Shown piece by piece: positions 35,270 to 44,627 of a stretch of DNA of 58,955 nt (position 1 is the stretch's first letter; each line of letters opens with the position of its first letter). This stretch comes from a virus (taxonomy: Duplodnaviria > Caudoviricetes): positions 1 to 58,955 of the IMG/VR virus record IMGVR_UViG_3300043776_000546. The stretch is one strand, 5' to 3'. Made by a program: the position numbers and the translations under genes. Under the pieces are notes generated by a model, which ran no database searches, was not told the DNA's origin, and saw nothing but the letters and a program-made list of their open reading frames with translations.

Positions 35270-35931
35270 TGGCAAGTCCGCTGACCGTCAAACGAAACGA
35301 CTACCTCAGCCGTCCGAAGGAAAGCGCGGTGTATACACCAAATGGCGTGTCGCGCTTCCTCTACGAGACGCTGTGCAATGCCCACCCGTTGCGGTCGGCC
35401 AGCGGGCCGTCCGCGGGCGGCGGTCGCTGCCTGCCCACGTTCTACTTCGTCCTGGACCCCGCCATCGGCACCGGCCACCTGACGGCCCCGTGGCTCCACG
35501 GCCACCCGCATCACTACATCTACGGCTGCGACATCAAGGCCCACGGCAAGGACTACTGCCACCAATTCTACCACGGCCGGTACGAGGAACAGACGGAAAT
35601 GGGCCGCCCCGACCTGGTGCTGTGCAATCCGCCCTTCAACGGAGCTGCGGGCCGGAAGCTGTACCCGGAAGTCTTCCTGGCGCACACGTTCAAGCTGTTC
35701 GGTCCCGAGACGCCCACGGTCCTGTTCGCACCGATGGGGATGCGGCTGAATCAGCGGCGCAAGAGCACCCGTTGGCGGTGGCTGCGGGACTGTGGCGCGA
35801 AACTGTCCAGCATCGTGTCGCTCCCGCTGGACACGTTCCCCGACGTGGAGTTCCACGCCGAAATCCTGATCTTCAACGTCAAGGGCATCGCCCCGCATTA
35901 CTTCCTCCCCGAGAAGGCCCTTTATGACTGA
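35269..35931 (+). CDS. N6-adenine DNA methyltransferase, gamma class
   Basis: YTP, LDPAIGTG and CNPPF motifs. Confidence 0.85.
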   Translation: MASPLTVKRNDYLSRPKESAVYTPNGVSRFLYETLCNAHPLRSASGPSAGGGRCLPTFYFVLDPAIGTGHLTAPWLHGHPHHYIYGCDIKAHGKDYCHQFYHGRYEEQTEMGRPDLVLCNPPFNGAAGRKLYPEVFLAHTFKLFGPETPTVLFAPMGMRLNQRRKSTRWRWLRDCGAKLSSIVSLPLDTFPDVEFHAEILIFNVKGIAPHYFLPEKALYD

Positions 35932-36631
35932 CATCCCGACCGACGTGATCCAAGAGAACGCAGTGCCGCGGGAAGTCCCGCAGGCCAGCCGTGGGCAGAT
36001 CATCGCCGCCTTGGACATCGCCGTCTTGAAGCCGGACGCCCGGCTGGAAGACGTGACCAATGCCGCCAGGGTCGTCGAAGACCTGGGGGCCGCTTCCGTC
36101 TGCGTGGCGAGCTACAACGTCGCGGTCGCCAGGCCGATCACCCCGCGGGTCTGCGCCGTCGTCGGCTTTCCGCACGGCAATACGTCGCCGGACATCAAGT
36201 TTCAAGAGGCCCGCGCCGCGATGGAAGACGGGGCGACGGAGGTGGATGTCGTCATCAACTACGGCCGCTTCCTGGAGGGCCGTGCGATCTCCGCTGTCCA
36301 GGAGCTAGGCCGCATCGTGCAGTTGGCGCGTCGCTTGAACGTGAAGGTCAAGGCCATCCTGGAGACGTGCTACTACCAGCCGAGACAGATTACGGACGCC
36401 TGCAACCTGTGCCTGGACGCCCGCGTGGATTGGGTGAAGACCTCCACTGGCTTCGGGCCTGGCGGCGCGACGCCTTGGGCCGTGCAATTGATGGTCGAGG
36501 CCGTCAAAGGGGCGGCACAAGTCAAGGCGAGCGGCGGCATCAAGACCTACGAGGACGCCTGCCTGTACCTCGCTCTCGGCTGCACGCGGCTCGGGGTTGG
36601 CGTGGCCAGCTACAAGGGCTTGCTGCCGTGA
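35924..36631 (+). CDS. deoC: Deoxyribose-phosphate aldolase
   Basis: VGFPHG, EVDVVIN, KAILET, VKTSTGF (Schiff-base Lys), VKASGGI and RLG motifs. Confidence 0.92.
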   Translation: MTDIPTDVIQENAVPREVPQASRGQIIAALDIAVLKPDARLEDVTNAARVVEDLGAASVCVASYNVAVARPITPRVCAVVGFPHGNTSPDIKFQEARAAMEDGATEVDVVINYGRFLEGRAISAVQELGRIVQLARRLNVKVKAILETCYYQPRQITDACNLCLDARVDWVKTSTGFGPGGATPWAVQLMVEAVKGAAQVKASGGIKTYEDACLYLALGCTRLGVGVASYKGLLP

Positions 36632-36810
36632 GAAGTGTGCTCCACGACGTTTATGCGCTACCGCCTGCCAAGGTGCTCCGATTCTTCACCCGCGATGAAC
36701 GGAACTGGCACGAGTACCTCCAGCGGTCGGACGCCTTTACACCGGAAGCCTTTGCCGAGTTGCAGCAGAAACAACGGGCCATCCTTGACGACTTGCAGAG
36801 CGCACCATGA
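36628..36810 (+). CDS. Small hypothetical protein
   Basis: GTGA and ATGA overlaps with both neighbours. Confidence 0.55.
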   Translation: MRSVLHDVYALPPAKVLRFFTRDERNWHEYLQRSDAFTPEAFAELQQKQRAILDDLQSAP

Positions 36811-37424
36811 GAAAGATGAACCGACTCGCCTTGAACCGCGGCTACCTGTGCGGCGCGATGGATCGCGTACTGGACGGCGGCGTAGGCTGGCGTCAACACC
36901 TAATTCAGAGCCTCAAGGACCTGAAGATCCTCTGGCTCGATCCCACACGCAAGCCCATCGACATCGGCGTGGAGGACCTGGAGAACCGTGCCCTCCGCCA
37001 CAAGGCGAAACGGGCCGGCGACTTCGAGTGCGTCCGCGGCCAGATGAAGCAGATTCGCCCGGTCGATCTGCGGATGGTGGACATCTGCGACTTCCTGGTC
37101 GTCAACCTGGACATGCAGGTCCACGCCTGCGGCACCTACGAGGAGTTGTTCTGGGCGAACCGGATGAAGAAGCCGGTGTTGATACGCATTGAGCAGGGCA
37201 TCGAGCACACGCCGGACTGGCTCTTCGGCACCTTCCCCTTCGAGATGATCTTCTCGACCTGGGACCAGGTGACAACGTACCTCCGGCACATTGCCCACGA
37301 TCCGGTAATCGACCGGCTCAATCGCTGGTACTTCTTCAACTGGATGGGTGAGAACTGCTTGGACGGCCACAACCACGGCAAGCCGGCGCGGCGCGGCGGC
37401 ATCGTGACGCGGAGGAAGAAATGA
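36807..37424 (+). CDS. Nucleoside 2-deoxyribosyltransferase/N-glycosidase fold protein
   Basis: YLCGAM, WR, DLRMVDICD, GTYEELFWA and KPV motifs. Confidence 0.78.
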   Translation: MRKMNRLALNRGYLCGAMDRVLDGGVGWRQHLIQSLKDLKILWLDPTRKPIDIGVEDLENRALRHKAKRAGDFECVRGQMKQIRPVDLRMVDICDFLVVNLDMQVHACGTYEELFWANRMKKPVLIRIEQGIEHTPDWLFGTFPFEMIFSTWDQVTTYLRHIAHDPVIDRLNRWYFFNWMGENCLDGHNHGKPARRGGIVTRRKK

Positions 37425-37636
37425 AACCAGACACGAGCAGCCGTAAACGAACTGTCGTCAAGGGATTGTCGTTTGAGATCGTCAGCAATCTGGCGGGCCT
37501 TGGACTCGCCTACGCGGTCTTCGGCAACTTTGGTAGCTGTGCGGTCTTCACGCTGGTCTGCTTCGTCGTGAAGCTGATCCTTTTCTATTACCACGAACGC
37601 ATTTGGCATCAATGCGATTGGGGAAAGCGAGCGTAA
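37421..37636 (+). CDS. DUF2061-like small membrane protein
   Basis: RTVVKGLSF and FYYHERIW motifs. Confidence 0.75.
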   Translation: MKPDTSSRKRTVVKGLSFEIVSNLAGLGLAYAVFGNFGSCAVFTLVCFVVKLILFYYHERIWHQCDWGKRA

Positions 37637-37642
37637 GTCCGT

Positions 37643-37769
37643 GAGCGGGTGAGGGTGCCCAGCAAGGTTTCGGTAGTAGCTGGGCCGGGTGGGAGCCATT
37701 TAACGGCCGCAGGGCGCGTGGAGTAGCGGAGATTATACCGGCATAGCGAAACGCGCAAGTAACCCGCTC
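37643..37769 (+). ncRNA. Candidate structured RNA
   Basis: Closing helix GAGCGGGT/ACCCGCTC; inner stems GCCCAGC/GCTGGGC and GCGCGT/ACGCGC. Confidence 0.4.
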
Positions 37770-37789
37770 CATTTTCAGAGAGGCAAGCG

Positions 37790-38419
37790 ATGGCGGACTG
37801 GAACGAGACTCAGAAGCACGAGGCCGAGTATTGGGGCAACTGCCTCGGTATGCGGGCGTGGGGAGAGTTTGTCAAGCAGGAGATGTACGCGCGGGAGATG
37901 GGGCTGTGGGAAGCCTACGGCAACGGCACCGGCGAATTGGTCATGGGGCAGCGGTCCGTACTCGATGTCGGTGGCGGCCCGGTGTCCATGACCCTTCGCT
38001 GCCTCAACGCCCGTTACCCCACGGTCGTGGACCCGTGCGATTGGCCAGCCTCCGTTGAGCGCCGCTACCGCAACTATGGCATCCACTTCGTCCGTGCGCC
38101 TGGCGAAGAGTTGGACAAGCAGCACCTTGCCTTGACGCACTACGACGAGGTGTGGCTGTACAACGTCCTGCAACACGTCCAGGACCCGGCGAAGGTTATC
38201 GCTAACGCCGTGGCCCGCGTGGACCCGAATGGCGGCGTGCTCCGCATCTTCGAGTGGCCCAACATCCCGGCCGACGCCTGCCACCCGCACATCCTGACGC
38301 CGGAGGGCCTCCTGAACTGGCTTCACGGCTGCCAGATCGTGAAAGTCGGGCTCCCGCACCTCAAGGAATACTGGTCCGACTCCGTGGCGTTCACGGGAAT
38401 CTTTTCGAGGCCGTTCTAA
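37790..38419 (+). CDS. Class I SAM-dependent methyltransferase
   Basis: VLDVGGGP, VVDP and NVLQHVQDP motifs. Confidence 0.82.
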   Translation: MADWNETQKHEAEYWGNCLGMRAWGEFVKQEMYAREMGLWEAYGNGTGELVMGQRSVLDVGGGPVSMTLRCLNARYPTVVDPCDWPASVERRYRNYGIHFVRAPGEELDKQHLALTHYDEVWLYNVLQHVQDPAKVIANAVARVDPNGGVLRIFEWPNIPADACHPHILTPEGLLNWLHGCQIVKVGLPHLKEYWSDSVAFTGIFSRPF

Positions 38420-38432
38420 CTGGAGGACAATC

Positions 38433-38717
38433 GTGCGCTACCTTTCGCTGCTATTGCTCCTTGTGCTGGCCGGCTGTTGGATCGAGCCGCCGCAACCGCG
38501 GCGTCCCCTGCCGCTTCGCCCGATCCTTGTGCCCAAGCCGATCATCGTGCCCGCGCCAATTATCGTGCCGGAGCCGCCGGTCATCGTCGTGCCGGTGATC
38601 CCGGATCGCCGCCGGCCGCACCCGATCCCCGATCAGCCCCGGCCGCCGCGCCCGCAGCCGGACCATCCCCGGCCGCCGGCACCGCGTCCGCATCCAACCC
38701 CGGCACCTCACAGGTAG
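38433..38717 (+). CDS. Pro-rich lipoprotein
   Basis: LAGC lipobox; GGAGG RBS. Confidence 0.7.
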   Translation: MRYLSLLLLLVLAGCWIEPPQPRRPLPLRPILVPKPIIVPAPIIVPEPPVIVVPVIPDRRRPHPIPDQPRPPRPQPDHPRPPAPRPHPTPAPHR

Positions 38718-38724
38718 GACACGC

Positions 38725-39159
38725 ATGAACGCAAGACGAGCCAACACCCGCCGGCAAGGTCCCATCCTGCCCGTGCAGCCCCGTATGGACATCCGCCGCA
38801 ACCAGCCGTGCCCTTGCGGAAGCGGCCGGAAGGCAAAGAAGTGCTGCCTGGCGCGACTCAAGATGATGGCGGCCCTGCCGCCCGTCGTCCGCACCCAGGC
38901 CATTGTCGCTGGCATCCTCGGCCGCTGGCCGATAACAGCGCCGCCGCCCCCGGTCCCCGCGGCCGTCAAGCAGCGGTACGACGACCTGGTGGCCAAGCAG
39001 ACCGCCAAGACAGTCATTCCTTTCGAGAGCGGCATCATTCAATCCGGCAACACGGTCATCGACACCGGCCCCGGCACCCTCACCCTGACAACGGAGGACA
39101 CCCATGCGGCGACGACACCGGAGACACCGGCTGCGGCGACTGATCTGCCGGTTGCATGA
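38725..39159 (+). CDS. SEC-C motif protein
   Basis: RNQPCPCGSGRKAKKCC. Confidence 0.8.
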   Translation: MNARRANTRRQGPILPVQPRMDIRRNQPCPCGSGRKAKKCCLARLKMMAALPPVVRTQAIVAGILGRWPITAPPPPVPAAVKQRYDDLVAKQTAKTVIPFESGIIQSGNTVIDTGPGTLTLTTEDTHAATTPETPAAATDLPVA

Positions 39160-39541
39160 CGCCTGGTACTGGCTGAAGTGCCGGCTCTGGCATCGCTACA
39201 ACGTCGTGGTCTGCCGGGACCTGCCGCCGACCTGGTGCGACCGCGACCACCTGCTGCTCTATGCCGCCTTCACGATCCTCGAAGAGTTCGTGGAGAAGGA
39301 AGAGGGGCATTTCAACGAGCCCGACGTATTCGCCCTCTACGCCGACTACAACGGCGACGATCCCGACGAGAAGGCAGCCAACGACGAGTACGCCCGCAAG
39401 ATGGAGGCAAACTGGAAGACCATCCACGAGTTGTACGCCTGGTGGAAGGGTCGCAAGAACGACAACGACCACGATGACTACGAGCAAGACAACGCCATGC
39501 TGCATCGCCTCGTGGATATTCGCGGACACCTTTGGACTTGA
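39104..39541 (+). CDS. Hypothetical phage protein
   Basis: GGAGG RBS; GC3 bias. Confidence 0.7.
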   Translation: MRRRHRRHRLRRLICRLHDAWYWLKCRLWHRYNVVVCRDLPPTWCDRDHLLLYAAFTILEEFVEKEEGHFNEPDVFALYADYNGDDPDEKAANDEYARKMEANWKTIHELYAWWKGRKNDNDHDDYEQDNAMLHRLVDIRGHLWT

Positions 39542-39544
39542 ACC

Positions 39545-40543
39545 ATGAAGACACCGCGCTCACTTTCCTATTCGTCCATGACCCTCTGGGAAAAGAACCC
39601 CGAGGAGTTCTACCTCCGCTACCTGGCGGAGCACGCGGCCCCGCGGCTGCCCCAAGAGCCGCCGATGGCCGTGGGCAGCAGCTTTGACGCCCGCGTCAAG
39701 TCTGCCCTGCACGCCGATCTGTTCGGCGCAGGCAGCGACCCGCGGTTCGCCTTCGAGGCGGTCTTCGAGAGTCAGGTCGAGCCACAATGCCGGGATTTCG
39801 CCCTGACGGCTGGCCAGGTCGTCTTCGACGCCTACAAGCTGTCCGGCAGCTATGACGAATTGCTCGGGCTGCTGAAACAGTCTGTCGAGCCGCCCCGCTT
39901 CGAGTTCAAGGTCGATGGCACCATTGGCGGCGTGCCGTTCACGGGCAAGCCGGACTGCCGCTTCATCCTGGACTTCGGCCTCGGACGCATCGACTGCATC
40001 GAGGACTGGAAGGTCCGCGGGTATTGCAGCAAGTATGCCACCAGCCCGTCCAAGGGCTACATGCTCTGCCGGGACGGATTCCAGAGCGACAAGCCGAGCA
40101 AGAGCCACGGCACGCAGCACACCAACTACCTGGCGTTCAACCACCGGGGCCTGACGATCAACGCCGGCTACATGGAGTATTGCAACGACGAGTACGCCGA
40201 CCAGCTTTGCCTTTACGGCTGGCTGCTGGGCGAGAAGCCCGGTGACGAGGACATGGTGGGCATGATCGAGGAAATCGTCGCCAAGCCGGGCACGCCCGCG
40301 CCGACCCTCCGGGTGGCCAACCACCGCAGTCGCATTAAGGCGGACCATCAGCAGAAGCTCCAAGACCGCGTGGCCCGCTGCTGGAACGCCATCACCACCG
40401 GCGACATCTTCCCCGACCTGAACCACGAGGAAAACGAGAGCCGGCGCGAAGTGCTGGAGGACATGGCCGTGAGCCTCGGCAAGAGCGCCGGCCCCTACGA
40501 CGACTGGTTCAACGAGGTCACGAGACCGCAACTCAAGTTCTAA
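39545..40543 (+). CDS. PD-(D/E)XK nuclease, RecB-like
   Basis: LSYSS, GKPD, IEDWK and QLCLY motifs. Confidence 0.8.
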   Translation: MKTPRSLSYSSMTLWEKNPEEFYLRYLAEHAAPRLPQEPPMAVGSSFDARVKSALHADLFGAGSDPRFAFEAVFESQVEPQCRDFALTAGQVVFDAYKLSGSYDELLGLLKQSVEPPRFEFKVDGTIGGVPFTGKPDCRFILDFGLGRIDCIEDWKVRGYCSKYATSPSKGYMLCRDGFQSDKPSKSHGTQHTNYLAFNHRGLTINAGYMEYCNDEYADQLCLYGWLLGEKPGDEDMVGMIEEIVAKPGTPAPTLRVANHRSRIKADHQQKLQDRVARCWNAITTGDIFPDLNHEENESRREVLEDMAVSLGKSAGPYDDWFNEVTRPQLKF

Positions 40544-40559
40544 CCCGCAGGAAACTTCG

Positions 40560-40814
40560 ATGCCGTTCACGATTCCGCAAAACATCCGTCAACGTCTGCT
40601 GCTGGCCCACCTCACGCCGGCCAAGGTCACGTCGATCATCGACGCATTGGAGAAGGGCATCAACGAGCGCCGCCTGGACGACGCCGCCGTGGACTTCGAG
40701 TTCGTGATGGAAGGCGAAGTGTTCGGCGCATCGGACCTGCTGCCGACCATCACCTTCGGCCTGCGGAAGGCCGTGCCACCGCCGCCTGCGCCCAAGTTGG
40801 AATTGCCCGGGTGA
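40560..40814 (+). CDS. Hypothetical protein
   Basis: AGGA RBS; GC3 bias. Confidence 0.65.
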   Translation: MPFTIPQNIRQRLLLAHLTPAKVTSIIDALEKGINERRLDDAAVDFEFVMEGEVFGASDLLPTITFGLRKAVPPPPAPKLELPG

Positions 40815-40842
40815 AGAAGAGACCCGCGTAGGAGGGTGACTT

Positions 40843-41151
40843 ATGCCGTGGTGGAGCATCGTGACATTCGCGTTCGCTTGCGGGTTCCTCATGGACGTTG
40901 TGTGGACCCTCTGCGTCACCGCCGTGACCTGCAAGAAGCCCCTGACGGCCGCCAACTTCAGCGCCCTGCTTTACCTCTGCACCGTCGTCTCGACGGTGCT
41001 GATCGTGGAGAGGTGTACTACCGCCGTGGCCGCCTACATCGTTGGCGGCTGGCTAGGAACGTACTTCGTCGTGGCCCACCGCAGGCACAGCCCCAGCAAC
41101 CCGAGACAGCAACAAAGCCACAGGAATCCTGAAGGTGAACAAGCACGTTGA
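40843..41151 (+). CDS. Small membrane protein
   Basis: AGGAGG RBS; three hydrophobic segments. Confidence 0.65.
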   Translation: MPWWSIVTFAFACGFLMDVVWTLCVTAVTCKKPLTAANFSALLYLCTVVSTVLIVERCTTAVAAYIVGGWLGTYFVVAHRRHSPSNPRQQQSHRNPEGEQAR

Positions 41152-41407
41152 CATCCTGATCTACCACGGCAAGCACGGCGACCAGTTCTGGCTCGTAGAC
41201 ACGCCGGCCCGCATGAATGCGGCAATGAGGTCGCTGTTCAAGCAGCTTGACGACATGCGTTGCTACAAGAGCGAGAACACCCGCTTCAACGAGATGCTCG
41301 CCCTTGCCCGCAACGGCGGCGTGTGCTGCATCAAGGCGATCCTGGAATCCCGTTGTGGCTATGAGTATGAGTCGTGGGACATCGAGGCCGCGGAGATCGC
41401 CGAATGA
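41135..41407 (+). CDS. Hypothetical protein
   Basis: In operon with overlapping junctions. Confidence 0.6.
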   Translation: MNKHVDILIYHGKHGDQFWLVDTPARMNAAMRSLFKQLDDMRCYKSENTRFNEMLALARNGGVCCIKAILESRCGYEYESWDIEAAEIAE

Positions 41408-42159
41408 GATACCACCTCTACAACGGCGACTGCCTGGAAGTGCTCCAAACCCTGGAGTCCGTGGACACGCTGTTCGCGGACCCGCCGGACAACATCGGAC
41501 TCGACTACAGCGAGTACCGGGACCGCCGGACGGAGAGCGACTACATCGACTTGCTCCGCAAGTGGCTCAACGCCTTCTTGTTGAAAGCCCAGACGGTGTG
41601 GTTCTCGTACAACTCGAAATGGACCTTCCACGTCGGCCGCATCGTGACCGAGATCGAAGGGAAGCATGGCAAGTTGATCGAGGCCAAGCCTTGCGTCCAG
41701 GCGTTCACCTTCGGGCAGCACAACCACCATGACCTGGGCAATAACCACCGGCCGCTCCTGCGGCTCCGCTGGTCCCACGCCCCGCTCTTCCCGGACGCCA
41801 TCCGCGTGCCGTCATGGCGGCAAGAGAACGGCGACAAGCGGGCCGATCCCCGCGGGCGGGTCCCCGGCGACGTATTCGACTTCACCCGCGTCGTGGGCAA
41901 CAGCAAGCAACGGCGGACCTGGCACCCCACACAACTGAACGAGGGCCTGGTGGAGCGGTGCCTGAAACTCACCACGCCCGAAGGCGGGACAGTTTGTGAT
42001 CCTTTTGCGGGCACCGGTACGACGCTGCGTGTGTGTAAACGCATCAATCTGCCTTGCACCCTGATCGAACTGGATCGGGAGTATTGCAAGAAGATCGCCG
42101 CCGAGAACGACTTGGCCCCGCTCAATTACGCGCACCGAGCCGTGTGGGAGGGCGTATGA
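41404..42159 (+). CDS. DNA methyltransferase, N6/N4 beta class, with variant DPPD motif
   Basis: GDCLE, ADPPDNIG, HPTQ and DPFAGTGTT motifs. Confidence 0.85.
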   Translation: MRYHLYNGDCLEVLQTLESVDTLFADPPDNIGLDYSEYRDRRTESDYIDLLRKWLNAFLLKAQTVWFSYNSKWTFHVGRIVTEIEGKHGKLIEAKPCVQAFTFGQHNHHDLGNNHRPLLRLRWSHAPLFPDAIRVPSWRQENGDKRADPRGRVPGDVFDFTRVVGNSKQRRTWHPTQLNEGLVERCLKLTTPEGGTVCDPFAGTGTTLRVCKRINLPCTLIELDREYCKKIAAENDLAPLNYAHRAVWEGV

Positions 42160-42893
42160 GGGTCCTGGTCGTCTGCCTCGTGCTGTTGGCGGGCTGTGGG
42201 CCTGCGGCCGTGCCACCGGCTCCCCGGCCGCCTGCGCCTGCCTGGACGCCCTGGCCGCCCCTGCGGGACGCCAGCGGCCTGGAACCGGTCGTGCGGGACA
42301 TCGAATCCCACCTGCCCGCCGGCCACCCCTATCACAGTGCCGACCGGATCATCTGGGTGCATGAGGGGACGCACGGCGTCAACAGCCGGCTGCGCAACGC
42401 CTACCAGTGCCCCGGCTTCTATGTCCTGGGCAACCGGGCCGTTCTGCTGCGGGAGCCGGCCACAACCCTTGCGACCGTGGCAGCACTCGTACCGCCTTCG
42501 CTGCGGGGCGAGGTCTACCGGGACTACCTGTTGCAGACGCAAGGTGACTGGGGCGATCAGCCATCCTATGTCTTCGACGAATGGACCGCCTACACGAACG
42601 GCTTGGAGGCCCGCTACCGCCTCGGGATCACCGAGCACGCAGAGACAGGCCGCTTTGCCTTGGAGTTCGTCGTCTATGCCGTCTGCGTCCCCTGGGCCGC
42701 GCGATCGCAGGACCCGCTGACGAAAACCTTCCTCCAATGGCAGACCGAGCGGACCTTGGACCTGTGCCGCAAGTCAGGCATCCATTCAGCCATCTTCGAC
42801 CGTCTCCGTACCGCCTCCGATGCTGCGATGCTCCGCAGCTTCACACGGCAATACTTCGACCCCGATTGGACCCGCAGGACTCTGGGATTCTGA
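42156..42893 (+). CDS. Lipoprotein with HExxH motif
   Basis: LAGC lipobox; VHEGTHG; downstream DEWTAY. Confidence 0.7.
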   Translation: MRVLVVCLVLLAGCGPAAVPPAPRPPAPAWTPWPPLRDASGLEPVVRDIESHLPAGHPYHSADRIIWVHEGTHGVNSRLRNAYQCPGFYVLGNRAVLLREPATTLATVAALVPPSLRGEVYRDYLLQTQGDWGDQPSYVFDEWTAYTNGLEARYRLGITEHAETGRFALEFVVYAVCVPWAARSQDPLTKTFLQWQTERTLDLCRKSGIHSAIFDRLRTASDAAMLRSFTRQYFDPDWTRRTLGF

Positions 42894-42938
42894 GATGCAC
42901 AATCCGCACAATCCCGACGACCCGATGGGGTGCTGCTG

Positions 42939-43190
42939 ATGCTCCGAATCACCATCGAACTGCTGCCTGGCGGCTGCGAGGCCCGAAAACGGACGCTCGC
43001 CACGGGCACGATTGCCAACGTCGGCACCGGGAGCCTGTCCCAAGGCGACTATTTTGCCGATTTTCGGGACGCCGCCGGCCGCCCGTGGAAGCATTGCACC
43101 GTGACCGGCTTCCCGCGTAAACGCCTGCTTGCGTGGGATTTGCTGTTCCGCGTGCTGAAAATTTTGGTCGGTCCACGAAATCCACTCTAA
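42939..43190 (+). CDS. Hypothetical protein
   Basis: Begins MLRITIELLPGG; its stop codon lies inside motif copy 3. Confidence 0.65.
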   Translation: MLRITIELLPGGCEARKRTLATGTIANVGTGSLSQGDYFADFRDAAGRPWKHCTVTGFPRKRLLAWDLLFRVLKILVGPRNPL

Positions 43191-43222
43191 TTTCGCCCCG
43201 CCGCGTTGATTTAACTAATAGG
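43184..43222 (+). promoter_or_regulatory. Bipartite motif, copy 3 of 5
   Basis: ACTCTAA-N14-GTTGATTTAACTAATAGG. Confidence 0.75.
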
Positions 43223-43256
43223 CACCCATCAGCAACGCAACACAAGGGGACATGAA

Positions 43257-43499
43257 ATGACAACCAAGAAGTTGGAACTGATCCTGGAGCAAAACGGCAT
43301 CCACCCGAAGTTCTGGCCCGAGATGAAGGCCCTGGTCTTCGACGGCACGCGGCCGTCCGCCGAGTTGAAGACCCGCTTGAACCATGTCGTCAACTACAAG
43401 ACTGCCCTCGACACCATCCTGGCGGAACTGTCGAAGCAGGTCCATTTCAAGTTTCCGCCGCCTGTCCACCACTACGAAAGTCTGGAGGTTCCCGCATGA
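43257..43499 (+). CDS. Hypothetical protein
   Basis: First ORF after motif copy 3. Confidence 0.65.
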   Translation: MTTKKLELILEQNGIHPKFWPEMKALVFDGTRPSAELKTRLNHVVNYKTALDTILAELSKQVHFKFPPPVHHYESLEVPA

Positions 43500-43708
43500 C
43501 ACCCGCCGTCGATTTCACGGGCCGCACCATCGAGGCCGGTCACGTCGTCGTCTACCCCGTTCGCCGGGGCAGCAGCATGTGGCTCAATAAGTTGAACGTC
43601 ACGCAGGTCCGCGACGACAGCATCGCCGGCTACAACACCGCCGGTCGCCTGCTGACCATCAGGAACTTGCAGAACGTGGTCATCGTCCCCAAGGCGGAGA
43701 CGGTCTGA
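43496..43708 (+). CDS. Hypothetical protein
   Basis: GGAGG RBS; ATGA overlap. Confidence 0.65.
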   Translation: MTPAVDFTGRTIEAGHVVVYPVRRGSSMWLNKLNVTQVRDDSIAGYNTAGRLLTIRNLQNVVIVPKAETV

Positions 43709-43710
43709 GC

Positions 43711-43917
43711 ATGACGCTGTACGACATCCACTGCAATGCCTGTGACGCCTACTCGGAGGTGTGGCAGGACCGGAGCGCCAAAGGCCCCTTCCGGTGCCCA
43801 AAATGCGGCAAGCGGCGCGCCTACCGCACCATCCTCGCGCCGCCGGCCTTCCGGGACACTTATTCACCGATGCACCCGCGAAGAGGCCGCGGGAGCGGCA
43901 TCGGGAAGAAAGGCTAG
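43711..43917 (+). CDS. FmdB-like zinc-ribbon protein
   Basis: YDIHCNAC and CPKCG motifs. Confidence 0.7.
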   Translation: MTLYDIHCNACDAYSEVWQDRSAKGPFRCPKCGKRRAYRTILAPPAFRDTYSPMHPRRGRGSGIGKKG

Positions 43918-44627
43918 TGACGGCAGACACTCGGCTGAACGAACTGCGATCGCAGGTCAAGCGGAAAGCCCGCTTCATCGGCCGCAAGCCGGACTCGCAC
44001 AACATCGTCGGCTTGACGCTTGCAGAGATCGCGCAGACGTTCGGCCGGGCCAAGGTCAACAAGGCTGTCCGTGACTTCACCCTAAAAGCCAAAGGCTTCA
44101 ACGAGGAACCCGAGGGAGAGCAAATGGCTATTGACATCAAGAAGTTCATCGAAAGTAGTACACAGCCGGCACCGGACGGAATCATCCCGATAGTGCGGCT
44201 CTTTAGACATTTCTACCGTTCCTTGACCGCCGCGGAACAGCAGAAATGGACACGCAGCCGCTTTCTCGTTGCGCTGACACAAGCCGGTTATACACCCCTC
44301 CTGGACTCCAAATTGCAATCGGTAATTGTTGGCCGCCGGTGCCTTGACAAATGTTTGGTCGTCACAGACGGCATCGTCGCCATCCGACCGCTTCCACCCA
44401 TCCTGCGCCCAGCGTCGGCCAACCTCCTTCGCTCTTGGAGAGCAGTGATTGGGCGTGATGCCGAGGGCAACGTCCAAAGACGCTTTGTGTCACTGGCCGA
44501 GGCTAAACGGACTGGTTTTTCGCGGGAGGCGATTGAAAAAGCCATACACGCTGGGCAACCGTATCAAAAGCTCCACTGGTCCTATGTCAGCGCCGATACC
44601 ACGGAACCCGAGAGCCTAACACCATGA
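43917..44627 (+). CDS. Two-part protein: N-terminal paralog domain plus C-terminal NUMOD1-like HTH
   Basis: Internal RBS and ATG at 44124; FVSLAEA..TGFSREAI..HWSY at the C-terminus. Confidence 0.55.
   Translation: MTADTRLNELRSQVKRKARFIGRKPDSHNIVGLTLAEIAQTFGRAKVNKAVRDFTLKAKGFNEEPEGEQMAIDIKKFIESSTQPAPDGIIPIVRLFRHFYRSLTAAEQQKWTRSRFLVALTQAGYTPLLDSKLQSVIVGRRCLDKCLVVTDGIVAIRPLPPILRPASANLLRSWRAVIGRDAEGNVQRRFVSLAEAKRTGFSREAIEKAIHAGQPYQKLHWSYVSADTTEPESLTP

Noticed and set aside
37651-37752. TPP riboswitch resemblance (GGGTGCCC..GGGC and ATACCGGCATAGCGAA)
   Set aside because: The UGAGA and CCUGAU core elements are absent and the P4 pairing is not supported.
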